Of a stretch of DNA of 64,000 bases, positions 62,254 through 64,000 are shown piece after piece. Under the pieces are notes generated by a model. The model searched no databases, was not told the origin of the DNA, and saw nothing but the letters and a program-made list of their open reading frames with translations. The translations under genes were made by a program, and so were the position numbers. The DNA is from Kondoa subrosea (Eukaryota). Numbering within the stretch: the first letter of the stretch is position 1; each line of letters opens with the position of its first letter. The DNA is taken from positions 1,747,941-1,811,940 of the forward strand of contig BCIN01000003.1 of the NCBI GenBank assembly GCA_039545335.1. The letters are read 5' to 3'.

Positions 62254-64000
62254 ATGCGTCGTTCGCTGTTTTTGTTATCCTGTCTTCTTTTCGTTTCGAG
62301 CTCTGCGTCTACTCTTACATTTCCTCTTCACACACGCTCTACAATAACGCGAAAAGATGGGCTGTATAACCCTGCTGCTGGGATATCGGATAGAGCGAGA
62401 ATCGAAAGCAAGTATGCGATAAAAGTAATTTCGTGAGCTGCAAGGCAGCAATACATCGTGCTCATATGCTTCACTATAGCGAGATCGATTGGAGCTAAGA
62501 CAGACGACAAGTATAGCTGTGACCGATTTCGTCACTCAAGCAGCCGATACGCAGTAAGTATCTGCTGACTGTGTAAATCTTCATGTACTCATGGCCGTGC
62601 TTAGGTACTTGGCACAGGTCGAAGTCGGCACGCCGGCCCAGAACTTATACATGCTGCTCGATACTGGATCATCTGACGTTTGGCTGCCTGGGCCTATCAG
62701 CAACACAATTCACCCTATTTTCGATGTAACGCAATCTTCAACTTCTAAGTGTTTAACGGACGGCAAGTCTATCGAATATGGATCGGGTACAACTCGTGGA
62801 AATGTAAATATTGTGCTACGCGTCTGTTCCCTTCATGTTGGCTGAAAGAGTATTCCAGATATGTACCGATACATTCACCTTAGGCAATGCAACAGTGTAC
62901 GACTTACCATACACTCTGACAAACGATACTATACCGTCATTCGAGAACTCCGTCGCTTCTGGTGTCTTTGGTCTTTGTCCTTCATCTAGTAAAGAACGGT
63001 CTTTCGTCACACGTTTAGTCAAAGACAAATGGATCTCTCAGAATACGTTCAGTTTCTTCTTACAACGCTCTAACGATGTTTCGCAAACTATTTCAGAAGG
63101 CATGGTCACTGGTGGAAAGCTCGTTTTGGGAGGAATAATTGATCAACAGTATTATTCGGGCGAAATTACTTACAATAGGGTGGAAGATGATGCGCATTGG
63201 GAAATTCAGATGGATGGAATTACAAGAGGAGGCAATATGATCAATAACACTTTTACCAAAGCTTCAATCGATACCGGAACAGCTTTGATCTATCTGCCGT
63301 CAAACATCGCAAAAACTTTCTTTGCGCCTTTACAAGGGAAGTTGGTTGATTCAGTTGGACACTGGGCGATGTAAGTCAGTTTTTGCAATTCGGGATCTCG
63401 CTGAACTCTTGGGAGCCCATGTAATACGCCTGAGGACCAGTTGAATATTGCCTTACAATTTGCCGGGGTCAAGTATCAAATAATGCTTAAGGATCTGTTT
63501 GTGAGTGTATCATGGCTTGCCTGGTTCTTCTGCTTAATACAGTACTGTAGATCGGCTTCAGCGATGCTTCTCAACAGTTTTGCGTTATGAGCCTTCTAGC
63601 TTCAGATGTAAGCTCACAGCATCTGTGCCATCGCATGGCTGAATTATTTGTCTAGGCTATCGATAGCAAAGGCAATCCACTCGCTGTAATCGGTGCTGGT
63701 GAGTCAAAAATAACACTCAAAGATAATTTCTCAATCTGTCTTTCTCCGAAGCCTTTCTCAAAAGTATTTAGGGCACTGTGTCAATCTATTGCTTTGCTGA
63801 TATTTCGCAGATGTTGTCTCTGTTTTTGACCGCAGCGATCATATGTCTATTGGCTTTGCTTCGGCCGTCAGGTCAAGCAACGGGACAGTCTCGCCGCGTC
63901 CAGCTCGAGCAACTCAAGCAAGAACAGCAGCGACCTCGTACGTGTTTTCCAAAATGCGTCTCTAATAAGCTGATATTTTACCAGAATACCTATCTATTCA
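62254..64000 (+). CDS. Secreted pepsin-like (A1) aspartic protease, runs off window end
   Basis: Signal peptide; VGTPAQ...LLDTGSSDVW, IEYGSG, SIDTGTALIYLP; Ser/Thr/Ala-rich tail begins near the end. Confidence 0.9.

Noticed and set aside
1..64000. CRISPR arrays, tRNA/rRNA genes, transposons, bacterial operons
   Set aside because: None recognised by eye; small ncRNAs cannot be excluded without a covariance-model search

Overview
This is eukaryotic, intron-rich and very gene-dense fungal DNA. Roughly 50-60 nt introns and the protein families point to a basidiomycete yeast, probably Pucciniomycotina (inference). About 30 genes were reconstructed by eye across introns, so exon boundaries are manual and approximate. 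Conserved genes include ERV41, an EVE-domain gene, a CUE-domain gene, UTP14, NDC80, telomerase reverse transcriptase (TERT), HEM1, enolase-phosphatase E1, an ALG3-like gene, an FHA-forkhead FHL1-like gene, NOP9, a GNAT, LAG1, GST, ATG27, VPS53, PPIL2, PGM2 and an aspartic protease. These are interspersed with lineage-specific F-box-like and MYND genes. The most notable observations are: (1) a head-to-head paralog pair of unknown, internally duplicated F-box-like/Cys-motif proteins flanking a MYND gene; (2) a 3-exon 39-aa microprotein gene with a motif-dense promoter, missed by the ORF track; (3) an F-box gene and its decaying paralog about 46 kb away with reciprocal intron differences; (4) a tightly packed co-oriented five-gene run ending in TERT; (5) a divergent ALG3-family transferase. 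No rRNA, tRNA, CRISPR array or transposon was recognised.
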